NCBI GenBank assembly: GCA_046261745.1
Contig: JBHEOD010000012.1
Location: 1 to 42,600, forward strand
Source: Candidatus Binatia bacterium
GTDB lineage: Bacteria > Desulfobacterota > Binatia > UBA1149 > CAITLU01
Direction: 5' to 3'
Length of the DNA: 42,600 nucleotides
This document shows positions 31,258 through 40,466 of this stretch, in pieces. Numbering within the stretch: position 1 is the stretch's first letter; the number at the start of each line of letters is the position of its first letter. The position numbers were made by a program, and so were the translations under genes. The notes beneath the pieces were generated by a model that saw only the letters and a list, made by a program, of their open reading frames with translations, was not told where the DNA came from and made no database searches.

Positions 31258-32004
31258 ATGTTGCAGAACCGAGAAGGACAAAAAGTACCCGACGTCACGT
31301 TCCGGACCCGCGAGGGCGACCAATGGAAGGATGTCACCACCGCAGAACTCTTCGGCGGCAAGAAAGTAGTGGTCTTCGCACTGCCGGGGGCCTTCACGCC
31401 CACCTGTTCGGCCAGCCACTTGCCGCGATACGAAGAACTGGCCCCGGCGTTCCGGGAGGCCGGCGTCGACGACATCCTGTGCCTGTCCGTCAATGACGGC
31501 TTCGTGATGGAGGCATGGCGCGGCGACCAGAAGTGCCGGAGCGTACGCCTCGTTCCCGACGGCAACGGTGATTTCACGCGCGAGATGGGAATGCTGGTGG
31601 ACAAGTGCGGGCTCGGTTTCGGGGACAGGTCGTGGCGCTACTCGATGCTGGTCGACGATGGCGTGATCACCAAGATGTTCATCGAACCCGAGGTGGACGG
31701 AGACCCGTACGGCGTCTCCGATGCGGATACCATGCTGGCCCACGTGGCCCCGGAATGCGCCGCCAGGCCGAATGTCGCGATCTTCACCAAGGACGGCTGC
31801 GGCCACTGCGCACGCGCCAAAAAGGCGCTGACCGAGGCTGGCCTGACGTATCGCGAGGTCGAGATCGGTAGTATTGGTGGAACCGAAGCGTTGCGCGCAG
31901 TGACTGGCGTCACCAGCACACCGCAGGTATTCATCGACGGCGCGAGGATCGGCGGCGCGGACGACCTGGAATCGCACCTGGCCGGCAAACGCAAAGCCGG
32001 ATGA
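31258..32004 (+). CDS. Hybrid peroxiredoxin-5 / glutaredoxin fusion protein
   Basis: AAGGAG lies before the ATG. Prx5 motif 'PGAFTPTCS'. The C-terminal Grx fold is 'VAIFTKDGCGHCARAKK...TPQVFIDGARIGGADDL'. Confidence 0.9.
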   Translation: MLQNREGQKVPDVTFRTREGDQWKDVTTAELFGGKKVVVFALPGAFTPTCSASHLPRYEELAPAFREAGVDDILCLSVNDGFVMEAWRGDQKCRSVRLVPDGNGDFTREMGMLVDKCGLGFGDRSWRYSMLVDDGVITKMFIEPEVDGDPYGVSDADTMLAHVAPECAARPNVAIFTKDGCGHCARAKKALTEAGLTYREVEIGSIGGTEALRAVTGVTSTPQVFIDGARIGGADDLESHLAGKRKAG

Positions 32005-32026
32005 CCACGAGAGGAAAAGGAGAACC

Positions 32027-32482
32027 TTGATGAGCAAGGACAAGAAGAAGAACGAGGTCGCGCAGGCGGCGTCACGCCTGCTGGCCGACAGCTACACGCT
32101 GTACCTGAAGACCCACAACTACCACTGGAACGTGACCGGCCCGATGTTCACCACGCTCCATACGATGTTCATGACGCAGTACACGGAGCTGAGCCTTGCC
32201 GTCGACGAGATTGCGGAGAGGATCCGCGCGCTCGGTGAGTTCGCGCCGGGCTCCTACAGCGAGTTCGAGAAGCTCGCCAAGGTGCGCGAGGCCGACAAGG
32301 TGCCGAAGGCCGAGGAGATGATTCGCATCCTCGTCGCCGATCACGCCACGGTTGCAGCCACCGCTCGCGAACTGGTTGCCGCGAGCCAGCGCTGCGGCGA
32401 CGACGCCACCGCCGACCTCGCGATTCGGCGCATCGAGGTTTCGGAGAAGGCCGCATGGATGTTGCGCAGTCATCTCGAGTGA
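32027..32482 (+). CDS. dps: Dps (DNA protection during starvation) ferritin-like protein
   Basis: 151 aa. 'LYLKTHNYHWNVTGPMF..LH..F', 'DEIAERIRALG'. Confidence 0.92.
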   Translation: MMSKDKKKNEVAQAASRLLADSYTLYLKTHNYHWNVTGPMFTTLHTMFMTQYTELSLAVDEIAERIRALGEFAPGSYSEFEKLAKVREADKVPKAEEMIRILVADHATVAATARELVAASQRCGDDATADLAIRRIEVSEKAAWMLRSHLE

Positions 32483-32523
32483 CGTCCGCCCGGCACGGCG
32501 GGCTGCATCCGCAGAAGAAGCTG

Positions 32524-33042
32524 ATGGCGGCCATCAACCTGCTGGGCGGCCCCGCGGTCCTGGGCAGCTACGCGTGGGGCGCGAGCGCGTACTCCAGCGA
32601 AACGGTACAGCGCCTCTGGGGCGACGTGCCGCTGGCCGTCCGGCCCTACTACACCAGCTGGATGTTCGTGGCCGCGACCGGCTACCTGCTGTTCCTGTAC
32701 TACCTGTTCGTTCGCGTCGATGCCGAGCGCGCGCGCGTGGCCGGCGGGTACGGATTCGGACTCTTCAATGTGCTACTGGTGCTCATCCTGGTGCCGTCGG
32801 CCATGTGGATGCCGCTTACGCTCCATCACATCGAGGCACCGGATCCGCTGAAGTGGAAGCTGATCGTCGCGGGACTCTGGACCACCGGCCTGGCTTCGCT
32901 TGCGATGATCGGCGCGCTTTCGACGCTGGTGCCTCGGGAGTCGGCCACTGCCTGGAAAGCGGCGCTGGTAGGAAGTGTGTTGTTCGCTGGGCAGACGTTC
33001 CTGCTCGACGCGGTCGTGTGGACTGTCTACTTCCGCGTTTGA
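32524..33042 (+). CDS. Hypothetical integral membrane protein
   Basis: About 172 aa with 5-6 hydrophobic segments. No family was recognised. The start is uncertain: the track ORF begins at 32455, overlapping dps. Confidence 0.6.
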   Translation: MAAINLLGGPAVLGSYAWGASAYSSETVQRLWGDVPLAVRPYYTSWMFVAATGYLLFLYYLFVRVDAERARVAGGYGFGLFNVLLVLILVPSAMWMPLTLHHIEAPDPLKWKLIVAGLWTTGLASLAMIGALSTLVPRESATAWKAALVGSVLFAGQTFLLDAVVWTVYFRV

Positions 33043-33084
33043 CGAGCGCGATCAGGAACCGACTTCTGCAAAAGGAGACCCGCC

Positions 33085-34797
33085 ATGAGCGAAATCACCG
33101 GAGGAGAGCTTCTCGCCCGCTGCCTCGCGAATGAAGGAATCCGCTTCGTATTTGGCCTTCCGTGTCCCGAGCAGGATCCGCTTCTGGCCAGTCTGGAAGC
33201 CAGCGGCATTCGCCTGGTGCCGGTGCGCCACGAGTCGGCAGGCGTGCACATGGCCGAAGGTCTGTACAAGACGACGGGCCAGGTGGCGGCCGTGCTGGGA
33301 AACCCCGGGCCGGGATCGGCCAATCTGCTTCCAGGCGTCATTACCGCAAGGCATGAGGGCGTGCCTGTTGTCGTGATCACGGCGCAGCACCGGCTCGGCA
33401 TCGTCTATCCGTCGCCGCCTTCCACGTTCCAGGGACAGGATCAGCTCGACGTCTTCCGCCCTGCCGTCAAGTGGGGCGCACCAATCTTCGACTGGAGCCG
33501 CATCGTCGAAGTGACCGCGATGGCGTTCCGCGAGATGTGGTGCGGGCGCCCGGGGCCTGTACATCTGGAGATTCCGGCGCCGGTTCTTTACGCCGCCGGC
33601 GACGAATCGACCGCACGCATCCGTCCCCCGTCCTCGTATCGCGTGGCGCCGCCGCAGGCTTCGCAGCAGCAGCTCCGCTCCGCGGCGGAGATTCTCTGCG
33701 CGGCACGTCACCCGGTGCTGGTCGCTGGAGCCGGCGTGGACCGTGCCGGCGCGAACGCCGCGGTGCGCGAGATTGCCGACCTGCTCGGTTGTCCGGTCAT
33801 CACGACGATGGCCGGCCGCTCGGCATTCCCGTTCGACCACCCGAACCGCTTGCATGGCTACGGACCCGGCGCCGATCTCGCGCGCCACGACGCCGACGTC
33901 GTCTGCGCGCTCGGCACGCGTCTTGGCAACCTCGATGTTCCTTACGACAAGTACTGGGGCGATGGCTCCAAGCAGAAGCTCATCCACATCGACGTGGACC
34001 CACGCAGCCTCGGCGTCACGCGTCCGCTCACGCTCGGCATCGTCGCCGACCTGGCAACGGCGGCGTCCGCGCTTGCCGACGAGCTTCGCCGGCTCGGTGT
34101 CGAGCGATGCGACGCCGGCTACGTGGAGCGCTACGCGCAGACCGAACGGCAATGGCGCGACAGCCAGATTGCCGCGGCAGCAGAATGGGCAGGCCCCGGA
34201 ATTCATCCGGCGCACGCAATGATCGCCATCGGCCAGGAGTTCGGCAGCGACGCGGTGTACGTGACTGACGGCGGCAACACGTCGCTGTGGGCCCACGGTA
34301 CCCTGCCGGCAACAAAGCCGCGCTCTTACCACAGCATCCTCGAGCTCGGCATGCTCGGGACCGGCATCCCCTCGGCGATCGGCGCAAAGCTCGGCGCGCC
34401 CGAGCGCGAGGTCGTCTGCGTGACCGGCGACGGCGCGGCCGGGTTCCATTTCATGGAGATGCAGTCTGCCGCGCGCGAGAACGTCCACGTCACGACCGTC
34501 GTCTTCGCCGAAGGTTCCTGGACGATGGAGGAACTGAACGAGCGCGCGCTCTACGGCCGCACGTTCGGAACGGCGATGGGAACGGTGCGCTGGGACAAGG
34601 TGGCCGAAGGGCTCGGGTGCAGCGCGGCTTACGTGGATAAGCTCGACGAACTCGCGCCGGCGCTGGCGCGAGCCCGCGGCGGCGACGGGCCGAGCGTGAT
34701 TTGCGTCAAGTCGGATCGCGACGCGAATCTCACGCTTCCGCAGGACATGGTTGCGCGTTTCTTCGAGGTGTACCAAGGGCCGACGCCGCCGGCATGA
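33085..34797 (+). CDS. Thiamine-diphosphate-dependent enzyme (acetolactate synthase large-subunit-like family)
   Basis: 570 aa. 'GIRFVFGLPC', 'VRHE..A..MAEG', and the ThDP motif 'GDGAAGFHFMEMQSAARENV'. Confidence 0.9.
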   Translation: MSEITGGELLARCLANEGIRFVFGLPCPEQDPLLASLEASGIRLVPVRHESAGVHMAEGLYKTTGQVAAVLGNPGPGSANLLPGVITARHEGVPVVVITAQHRLGIVYPSPPSTFQGQDQLDVFRPAVKWGAPIFDWSRIVEVTAMAFREMWCGRPGPVHLEIPAPVLYAAGDESTARIRPPSSYRVAPPQASQQQLRSAAEILCAARHPVLVAGAGVDRAGANAAVREIADLLGCPVITTMAGRSAFPFDHPNRLHGYGPGADLARHDADVVCALGTRLGNLDVPYDKYWGDGSKQKLIHIDVDPRSLGVTRPLTLGIVADLATAASALADELRRLGVERCDAGYVERYAQTERQWRDSQIAAAAEWAGPGIHPAHAMIAIGQEFGSDAVYVTDGGNTSLWAHGTLPATKPRSYHSILELGMLGTGIPSAIGAKLGAPEREVVCVTGDGAAGFHFMEMQSAARENVHVTTVVFAEGSWTMEELNERALYGRTFGTAMGTVRWDKVAEGLGCSAAYVDKLDELAPALARARGGDGPSVICVKSDRDANLTLPQDMVARFFEVYQGPTPPA

Positions 34798-36451
34798 CGA
34801 CCGGCAGGCCGCTCTGGCGAACTTCCACGAGCGCCGACGCGGGAACACGGAAAGGCCGGAGCGGCGGGGGCCACAATTCGGGTTGCTCGGCCGGAAGAAT
34901 CGTCAGTGACTGCCCCGACGCATTCAGGAGTTCCGCGCGTTCGCATCCCAGCGCCGCGGCCGCCGCCGCGAGCCCCGATACGGTTACGCCCTGGATGCCA
35001 GGCGAAAACGTGCTGGCCCCGCACTGGAACAGGCCTTCGATCTCCGAGCGCACGGGGAACCCGAACGGGCCGAGGTTGCGCAGCGTGTGCTCGATCCCGT
35101 ACATCGCGCCGGCCGTCGCACCGACGTAGTGCATGTTGGTCAGCGGCGTGGACAAGGCCTGGAAAACAACCCGATCACGGATGCCCGGCACGATCTTGTC
35201 GACGACGTCGAACATCTTCCCGGTCAGGTATTCCTTGAGCTGCAGGTAATCGGGCGGACGGTGGCCGGGCACCGTGTCCTTCCACTTCGCGAAGGCATCG
35301 GCCGATGCCATGGCGATGGCCTCGACCGTGTGCAGGCCATCTCTGCGCATCGACGGATCCTTGAGCGTGGTTGCGTTGAGGAACATGCCCGGGATCTCGT
35401 CGAACGTGGTCAGGTCACTGCGCGCCGCGAACTCGTATGCCTCATCGATGTCGGTAGTCCTGCTGTACCAGACATTGCCGGAGTCCAGGCCCGCGGCTCG
35501 CAGGTCCATGTCCACCGCGAAGTAGAGACTCAACGTCGATACCGAGTAGTGAAGATTGCGAACGCGCCTTCGCAGTCGCGTGCTCATGTGCTCCGGTTCC
35601 ACGAGCCGGCCCCACGTGACGCCCGGGTCGCTGTTGGCAACGATGATACCAGCGCGGACTTCGTTTCCGTTGGCCAGTCGCACGCCCACCGCGCGACCGT
35701 TCTCCACGAGAATGCGGATGACCTCGGTCCCGAAGCTCACTTTGCCGCCGTGTGCATGGATGTGCTTGACGAAGGCGTCGGGGATCGCATGCCCGCCGCC
35801 GCGCGGGTAGCAGCCGCCGTCGGCGTAGTAGGTCTGCAAGCCCGCGTGCAGGACGGTGGGCGCACGGGAGGGGGCGAGGCCGTGATCGCCGGCCTGGATT
35901 GTCAGGATCGCGCGCAGCAGTGGATCCGACGTGCAGGAGTCGAGGAACCTGCGCAGCGGCAGCAAGCCGTAGCGCAGCGTTGTCGGAAGGCGCATCAGCG
36001 ACTGCGGCCAGCTTCGTGCCGAGTCCAGGCTGCCGAGCTCGTCGCCGATCGTGCCGATGATTCGGAAGTAACGTTCGATGCCGCGTGCCTCCGAAGGGAA
36101 GCGTTCGGTCAGCCGCGCCGCGAAACGGTCGAAGCCTTTCGGAATGTCGAAATGCTCCGCGCCGACCACCACGCGGTCGTAGCCGTCTGGATCCAGCTCG
36201 AGGAACACGAGATCGTTGGCGATGCCCAAGCCCTCGTAAATGCTGCGCAGCGTTCCGCCGGGGCCAATCCCGCCGATGTAGTGGATGCCCGGACTGAACC
36301 GGAAGCCCTTTTGCCGGAACGACTGGCTGTAGCCGCCGGGCAGGTAGTGCTGTTCGAACACAATCACGCGCTTGCCTGCGCGCGCCATGGCCAAGGCTGC
36401 CGTGAGTCCGCCCGACCCGGAACCGATCACGATGGCGTCGAAGTCCTGCAT
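34730..36451 (-). CDS. FAD-dependent oxidoreductase, phytoene desaturase (CrtI)-like family
   Basis: Start at MQDFDAIVIGSGSGGLTAAL, after GGAGGA. 'VFEQHYLPGGY'; the C-terminal 'GASTFSPGIQGV' is typical of CrtI-like amine oxidases. Confidence 0.88.
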   Translation of the reverse strand: MQDFDAIVIGSGSGGLTAALAMARAGKRVIVFEQHYLPGGYSQSFRQKGFRFSPGIHYIGGIGPGGTLRSIYEGLGIANDLVFLELDPDGYDRVVVGAEHFDIPKGFDRFAARLTERFPSEARGIERYFRIIGTIGDELGSLDSARSWPQSLMRLPTTLRYGLLPLRRFLDSCTSDPLLRAILTIQAGDHGLAPSRAPTVLHAGLQTYYADGGCYPRGGGHAIPDAFVKHIHAHGGKVSFGTEVIRILVENGRAVGVRLANGNEVRAGIIVANSDPGVTWGRLVEPEHMSTRLRRRVRNLHYSVSTLSLYFAVDMDLRAAGLDSGNVWYSRTTDIDEAYEFAARSDLTTFDEIPGMFLNATTLKDPSMRRDGLHTVEAIAMASADAFAKWKDTVPGHRPPDYLQLKEYLTGKMFDVVDKIVPGIRDRVVFQALSTPLTNMHYVGATAGAMYGIEHTLRNLGPFGFPVRSEIEGLFQCGASTFSPGIQGVTVSGLAAAAAALGCERAELLNASGQSLTILPAEQPELWPPPLRPFRVPASALVEVRQSGLPVVMPAASALGTPRRNAQPCPAEA

Positions 36452-36479
36452 GATTGTTCCTCCTGCCTGCGTGGAAAGG

Positions 36480-36495
36480 TGCAGAGAGTGTGCCA
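36480..36495 (-). promoter_or_regulatory. Sigma-54-type -24/-12 promoter candidate for the CrtI-like gene
   Basis: The minus strand reads TGGCACA-CTCT-CTGCA (consensus TGGCACG-N4-TTGCW), with GG-N10-GC spacing preserved. The TGCA of the -12 element ends 28 nt before the ATG. Confidence 0.35.
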
Positions 36496-36544
36496 ATCCA
36501 CCGCGAGAGGGGGGGGAGGTTCCACCACGCTTGTTTCGCGGGAC

Positions 36545-36712
36545 TTATTGGATGACGTCCTTCACCTTGTCTATGACTTTTGCCACCTTTTGTTTGATCT
36601 TCCCGACCGTCTGGTCGGTTTTTCCTTCCTGTTTCAGCTTCTTGTCGCCCGTGAGAGCACCGGCTGCTTCCTTGACGCGTCCTTTGATCTCGTCGGTTTT
36701 TCCGCTTGCCAT
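36545..36712 (-). CDS. csbD: CsbD-family general stress protein
   Basis: 55 aa after GGAGG: 'MASGKTDEIKGRVKEAAGALTGDKKLKQEGKTDQTVGKIKQKVAKVIDKVKDVIQ'. Confidence 0.85.
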   Translation of the reverse strand: MASGKTDEIKGRVKEAAGALTGDKKLKQEGKTDQTVGKIKQKVAKVIDKVKDVIQ

Positions 36713-36869
36713 GATGAGGACCTCCTCGTCCCGCATTTCGTTATGCAGGAACCGTGCCCTTGCGGCGACGCGCTGAGCGTCTTCTGCCGGACGCAAGCGC
36801 GTGCAGGAGTGACAATACTCGCCGACGCGGTTGCCGGAAATGACAATCACCGAGGCGCTAGTGGCGGCG

Positions 36870-38099
36870 CTACCGATGCTGCGCCGCAGGCCAGTTCGTC
36901 CGGTTCTCCCATCTTTCCTCGAGCTGCGGTAGCAGCACCACCCCCTCTGGGACGAGGCTGCTCGCGAGCATCACGCTGTTGATGTCCTGATGATGGCGCC
37001 AACTGTTGGTTTGCCGGTGGAAGGGCTCGAGCCAGAACGACAGGATGCCGGACCCGAGGGCTGTGTACGGGCGCAGCGCCTCCAAGGCGTTCGCGAACTT
37101 CGCGCTGCCGGTAAAACGCAGGCGGTCCGCCTGAACCTCGCCGGCAACCAGCGACACCGCCGAAAGACCGATGGCGAGGCCGAGTTCCCGGAAGGCGAGG
37201 CGTTGCGTCGCGCTCTTGCGCGAGTCGAAGCGCTTCGAGTAATGCGCCAGTCCCTGCTGGGCCGCCGTGAGCAGCGCGTTCATCAGCGGCTCACCGTCAA
37301 AATTTTCGGCATCGCCCAGCTGGGCGATCAGCGCGGTGTGCGTGAGCAAGCCCCCGATTCCGAGCGGGTCGGCGGTGGCAAGGTCGCCTCGTTCGATCAT
37401 GCGGGCGAAGTCGGCTGTCTGTCTGCGCAGGTTGGGACCGTCCGCGATCGTTCCCAACTGAGAAGCCGTGTTCTGCAGCTGGAGGCAGGTGAGAAAGCCG
37501 TCCAGGGGATCGTGGCGGCCCATGGAAGCAACGAGCGGTCGGGACAGGTCGATGCTCATCTTCCAGTGCATGCGCCGTGCGCCTCGCGAGTGCAGTCCAT
37601 GCACGAAGCTGCGGTGGGCCACGACGGCAAGCTCTCGCGCCCACGTATTGAAATGCGGCCGGTGCGTCGCGCGCGCCACCTGGTCGAGAGCGTGCATCCA
37701 CTTCGTCAGATAGTGGAAGTACTGGCCGTCGCGCTGCCATTCGAGCTCGTCGCTCGACGCCTCGTCGGCAGGCCGTTCCGGCAGGCTCTTGCCGATGCGC
37801 AGCCCGCCCAAGGTGGGATGACGCTCTCCCTCTTTATCGCCCAGTTCGCTCAGCCATCCCGTGCGCAGATCGCCCGGCCGATGCCTTCCCAGTTCGTGGT
37901 GGACCCCCTCGACGAGCCGAAGCGCACGCTCGATATGCGGTCCGTGCGCCGTCCGTCTCGCGAGGGCGAGATAATTGCAGACCGCGAACGCGTCCGTCCA
38001 GAGATAACGCCGTGATGGCGCGTGACCAGGCGGATCGAAGCTGCTCGCGAAATCCTCCATCAGGGTGGCGGCTGTGGTCGTAGTGTGATCGATCAGCAT
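36870..38099 (-). CDS. Conserved-looking hypothetical protein, mostly helical
   Basis: 409 aa from MLIDHTT. Segments 'YLWTDAFAVCNYL', 'QRDGQYFHYLTKWMHAL' and 'DPLGIGGLL' are loosely reminiscent of (alpha/alpha)6-barrel proteins. No firm family. Confidence 0.65.
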   Translation of the reverse strand: MLIDHTTTTAATLMEDFASSFDPPGHAPSRRYLWTDAFAVCNYLALARRTAHGPHIERALRLVEGVHHELGRHRPGDLRTGWLSELGDKEGERHPTLGGLRIGKSLPERPADEASSDELEWQRDGQYFHYLTKWMHALDQVARATHRPHFNTWARELAVVAHRSFVHGLHSRGARRMHWKMSIDLSRPLVASMGRHDPLDGFLTCLQLQNTASQLGTIADGPNLRRQTADFARMIERGDLATADPLGIGGLLTHTALIAQLGDAENFDGEPLMNALLTAAQQGLAHYSKRFDSRKSATQRLAFRELGLAIGLSAVSLVAGEVQADRLRFTGSAKFANALEALRPYTALGSGILSFWLEPFHRQTNSWRHHQDINSVMLASSLVPEGVVLLPQLEERWENRTNWPAAQHR

Positions 38100-38230
38100 C
38101 GCGGGCCTTCTCATCCTCACAAGGATCCGGTAGCACGACACAGGCCAGACCCGCTGTAGGCCAGTTCACTTCGGTTCGGCTTTTGCATGATTCGCCGTGG
38201 ACCGGGCGACGCCAGCAAGTAGGAGTTGCC

Positions 38231-38965
38231 ATGCTCATCGACGAACGCACCCGGATGGTGGAGACGCAGCTTGCGGATCGCGGCATCGCGGATCCGCGCG
38301 TGCTCGAGGTTTTTCGGCAGGTTCCGCGCGAACTCTTCCTGCCGCCGGAGCTGGCCGAGTTGGCCTATCGCGACACGGCGCTGCCGATCCGGGAAGGGCA
38401 GACGATCTCGCAGCCGTACATCGTGGCGATGACCGCTGAGGCCCTCGAACTCACCGGTGACGAATCCATTCTCGAAATCGGGACAGGCTCGGGCTACGCC
38501 GCTGCCATTCTCAGCCGGCTTTGCCGGGAGGTCTTCACGGTCGAACGCCGCGCAAGGCTGGCCCTCGAGGCGCGCGAGCGACTGGAGCGTCTCGGCTACG
38601 ACAACGTGCACGTGCTTTGCGGCGACGGCACGCTCGGCTGGCCTGAGCACGCGCCTTACGACGCGATCGCCGTTGCGGCCGGCGGCCCCGCGACGCCCAA
38701 GGCGCTGCTTGCGCAATTGTCGCTCGGCGGACGACTGGTCATTCCGGTCGGTCCGGAGCATTCGCAGGTGCTCCTGCGAGTGACACGCACCGGCGACGAA
38801 AAGTTCGTCGAGGAATGCCTTGGAGAAGTTCGCTTCGTGCCGCTCATCGGCGAGCAGGGATGGGCAGACGAAACCGCGATCATGCACGCGGCAAAAACCG
38901 CCGGCACGAGGAACGCGCACTCAGGCGGCGGCGCCGACCTCAGGCAGAATCGATCACCACGATAG
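38231..38965 (+). CDS. pcm: Protein-L-isoaspartate O-methyltransferase
   Basis: AGGAG lies before the ATG. 'TISQPYIVA', 'LEIGTGSGYAAA', 'GDG..GWPE.APYDAI', 'LVIPVG'. Confidence 0.92.
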   Translation: MLIDERTRMVETQLADRGIADPRVLEVFRQVPRELFLPPELAELAYRDTALPIREGQTISQPYIVAMTAEALELTGDESILEIGTGSGYAAAILSRLCREVFTVERRARLALEARERLERLGYDNVHVLCGDGTLGWPEHAPYDAIAVAAGGPATPKALLAQLSLGGRLVIPVGPEHSQVLLRVTRTGDEKFVEECLGEVRFVPLIGEQGWADETAIMHAAKTAGTRNAHSGGGADLRQNRSPR

Positions 38966-40466
38966 ACGGCTGCGACTGCACATAGTCGAGGGCATAGGCG
39001 AGTTCGCCCGGAGTCTGCGCGTGCAGCGTAAAGAGCGGCTGGCCGATATCGACTGCGTCGCCCAGTCGCACGTCAACGGTCGCGCCGGCGGCGGCGTCCT
39101 GCGGTGCGCCGGCCAGCTTGGCGGCGCGCGCGAGCAGTCGGTTGTCGATCGCGCCCACGCGACCGGTGGCGGCAGCAAGCACCGGCTGCGTGTACGGCGC
39201 GGTGGGCGGCTCACGCAGGCCGCCTTGGGCTTCTCGGATCGCATCGAACTTGGCCAGCGCGAGTCCGCTGTCGAGAGTACGCGTGGCCAGCACGACTCCG
39301 GTACCGGCGGGGGTACGTCCTGCCATTTCGAGAATCCGGCCGGCCAGCAACAGCGAGCGATCGCGAAGGTCTTGCGGCGCGCCGGCGCTGCGGCCGAGCA
39401 CGGCCATCACGTCCATCGCTTCGAGCGCCGGGCCGATACCGCGGCCGACCGGCTGGCGTCCGTCGGTTTCGATTACCTGCACGTGCAGGCCGAGGGCTTC
39501 GCCTACGCTCGTCAGGCTGCCGGCCAGCAACTTGGCCGCCGCGCGACTGCGGAGCTTCGCGGTGGGACCGATCGGCATGTCGATCAGCACGCGCTCGGAG
39601 CCGGCGGCGATCTTCTTCGAAAGTACGGAGGCCACCAGTTGGGCCTCGCTGTCGAGGTCGAGGGGACGCTCGACGCGGATCAGCACATCGTCGGCGGGGC
39701 TCAGCCGCGCGCTCGCGCCCCATGCAATGCAGCCGCCTTCACGTTCGACCACGCGCCGCATCGCGGCCAGGTCGAGCGCCACCGGCGCAAGCGTCTCCAT
39801 CGTGTCGGCTGTTCCTGACGGCGACGTGATCGCGCGCGACGAAGTCTTGGGGATGACCACGCCGCAGGCGGCGACGATGGCGACGATGATCGGAGTGGTG
39901 CGGTTGCCCGGCAGGCCGCCGATGCAGTGCTTGTCCACGACCGGCGAGGTGCCCCACGCGATGCGATCGCCCACGTCGAGCATCGCGCGCGTCAGCGACA
40001 CGGTCTCTGCGTGCGTGAGGCGCCCGCCCGCGCAGGCCGTCACGAAGGCAGCCAGGTGCAGGTCGGAAACGCGGCCGTGGCTGATGTCGTCGATCAGTGC
40101 GCGCATGGACGGATAGTCGAGCTCGCGGCCGTAGACTTTCGCGCGAAGGAACCGCAGCGAGTCGAGCGGCGAGGCGTGGTGGACGGTGACTTCCTCGCCG
40201 TTCTCAAGGGCCAGCAGCGTCCAGGCCGCTTCGGACAGGGCGATCTCGTCGTGGTGCAGCCATTCGGCATCCACTCGATGGAGGATCGCGGGGATTCGGC
40301 GGCCGTCCGCGACCACCTCCACCTCGACCTGAGCCTGGGCCTCGAAGCCCTCGGCGCGGCATACCGCACTGTCGCTGCGCAGATAGACGACCGATTGCTG
40401 GTACGTGTCGATGCACGCCCGCAACACGCGAAGCCGGCCCGGCGCCGGTTGCAGGTCAGGCGGCAT
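38940..40466 (-). CDS. Thymidine-phosphorylase-family protein of the archaeal AMP-phosphorylase-like type (with an extra N-terminal domain)
   Basis: 508 aa from MPPDLQP. 'VVDKHCIGGLPGNRTTPI', 'TSSRAITSPSGTADTME', plus an extension of about 80 aa ahead of the alpha-helical domain. Confidence 0.88.
   Translation of the reverse strand: MPPDLQPAPGRLRVLRACIDTYQQSVVYLRSDSAVCRAEGFEAQAQVEVEVVADGRRIPAILHRVDAEWLHHDEIALSEAAWTLLALENGEEVTVHHASPLDSLRFLRAKVYGRELDYPSMRALIDDISHGRVSDLHLAAFVTACAGGRLTHAETVSLTRAMLDVGDRIAWGTSPVVDKHCIGGLPGNRTTPIIVAIVAACGVVIPKTSSRAITSPSGTADTMETLAPVALDLAAMRRVVEREGGCIAWGASARLSPADDVLIRVERPLDLDSEAQLVASVLSKKIAAGSERVLIDMPIGPTAKLRSRAAAKLLAGSLTSVGEALGLHVQVIETDGRQPVGRGIGPALEAMDVMAVLGRSAGAPQDLRDRSLLLAGRILEMAGRTPAGTGVVLATRTLDSGLALAKFDAIREAQGGLREPPTAPYTQPVLAAATGRVGAIDNRLLARAAKLAGAPQDAAAGATVDVRLGDAVDIGQPLFTLHAQTPGELAYALDYVQSQPSIVVIDSA

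Noticed and set aside
31619-31630. 12-nt identity (tcggggacaggt) between the peroxiredoxin gene and the arm of the 13802-13859 hairpin.
   Set aside because: It lies inside a well-supported CDS (encoding ...GFGDRSW...). There is no partner arm nearby. It is consistent with chance in GC-rich sequence.
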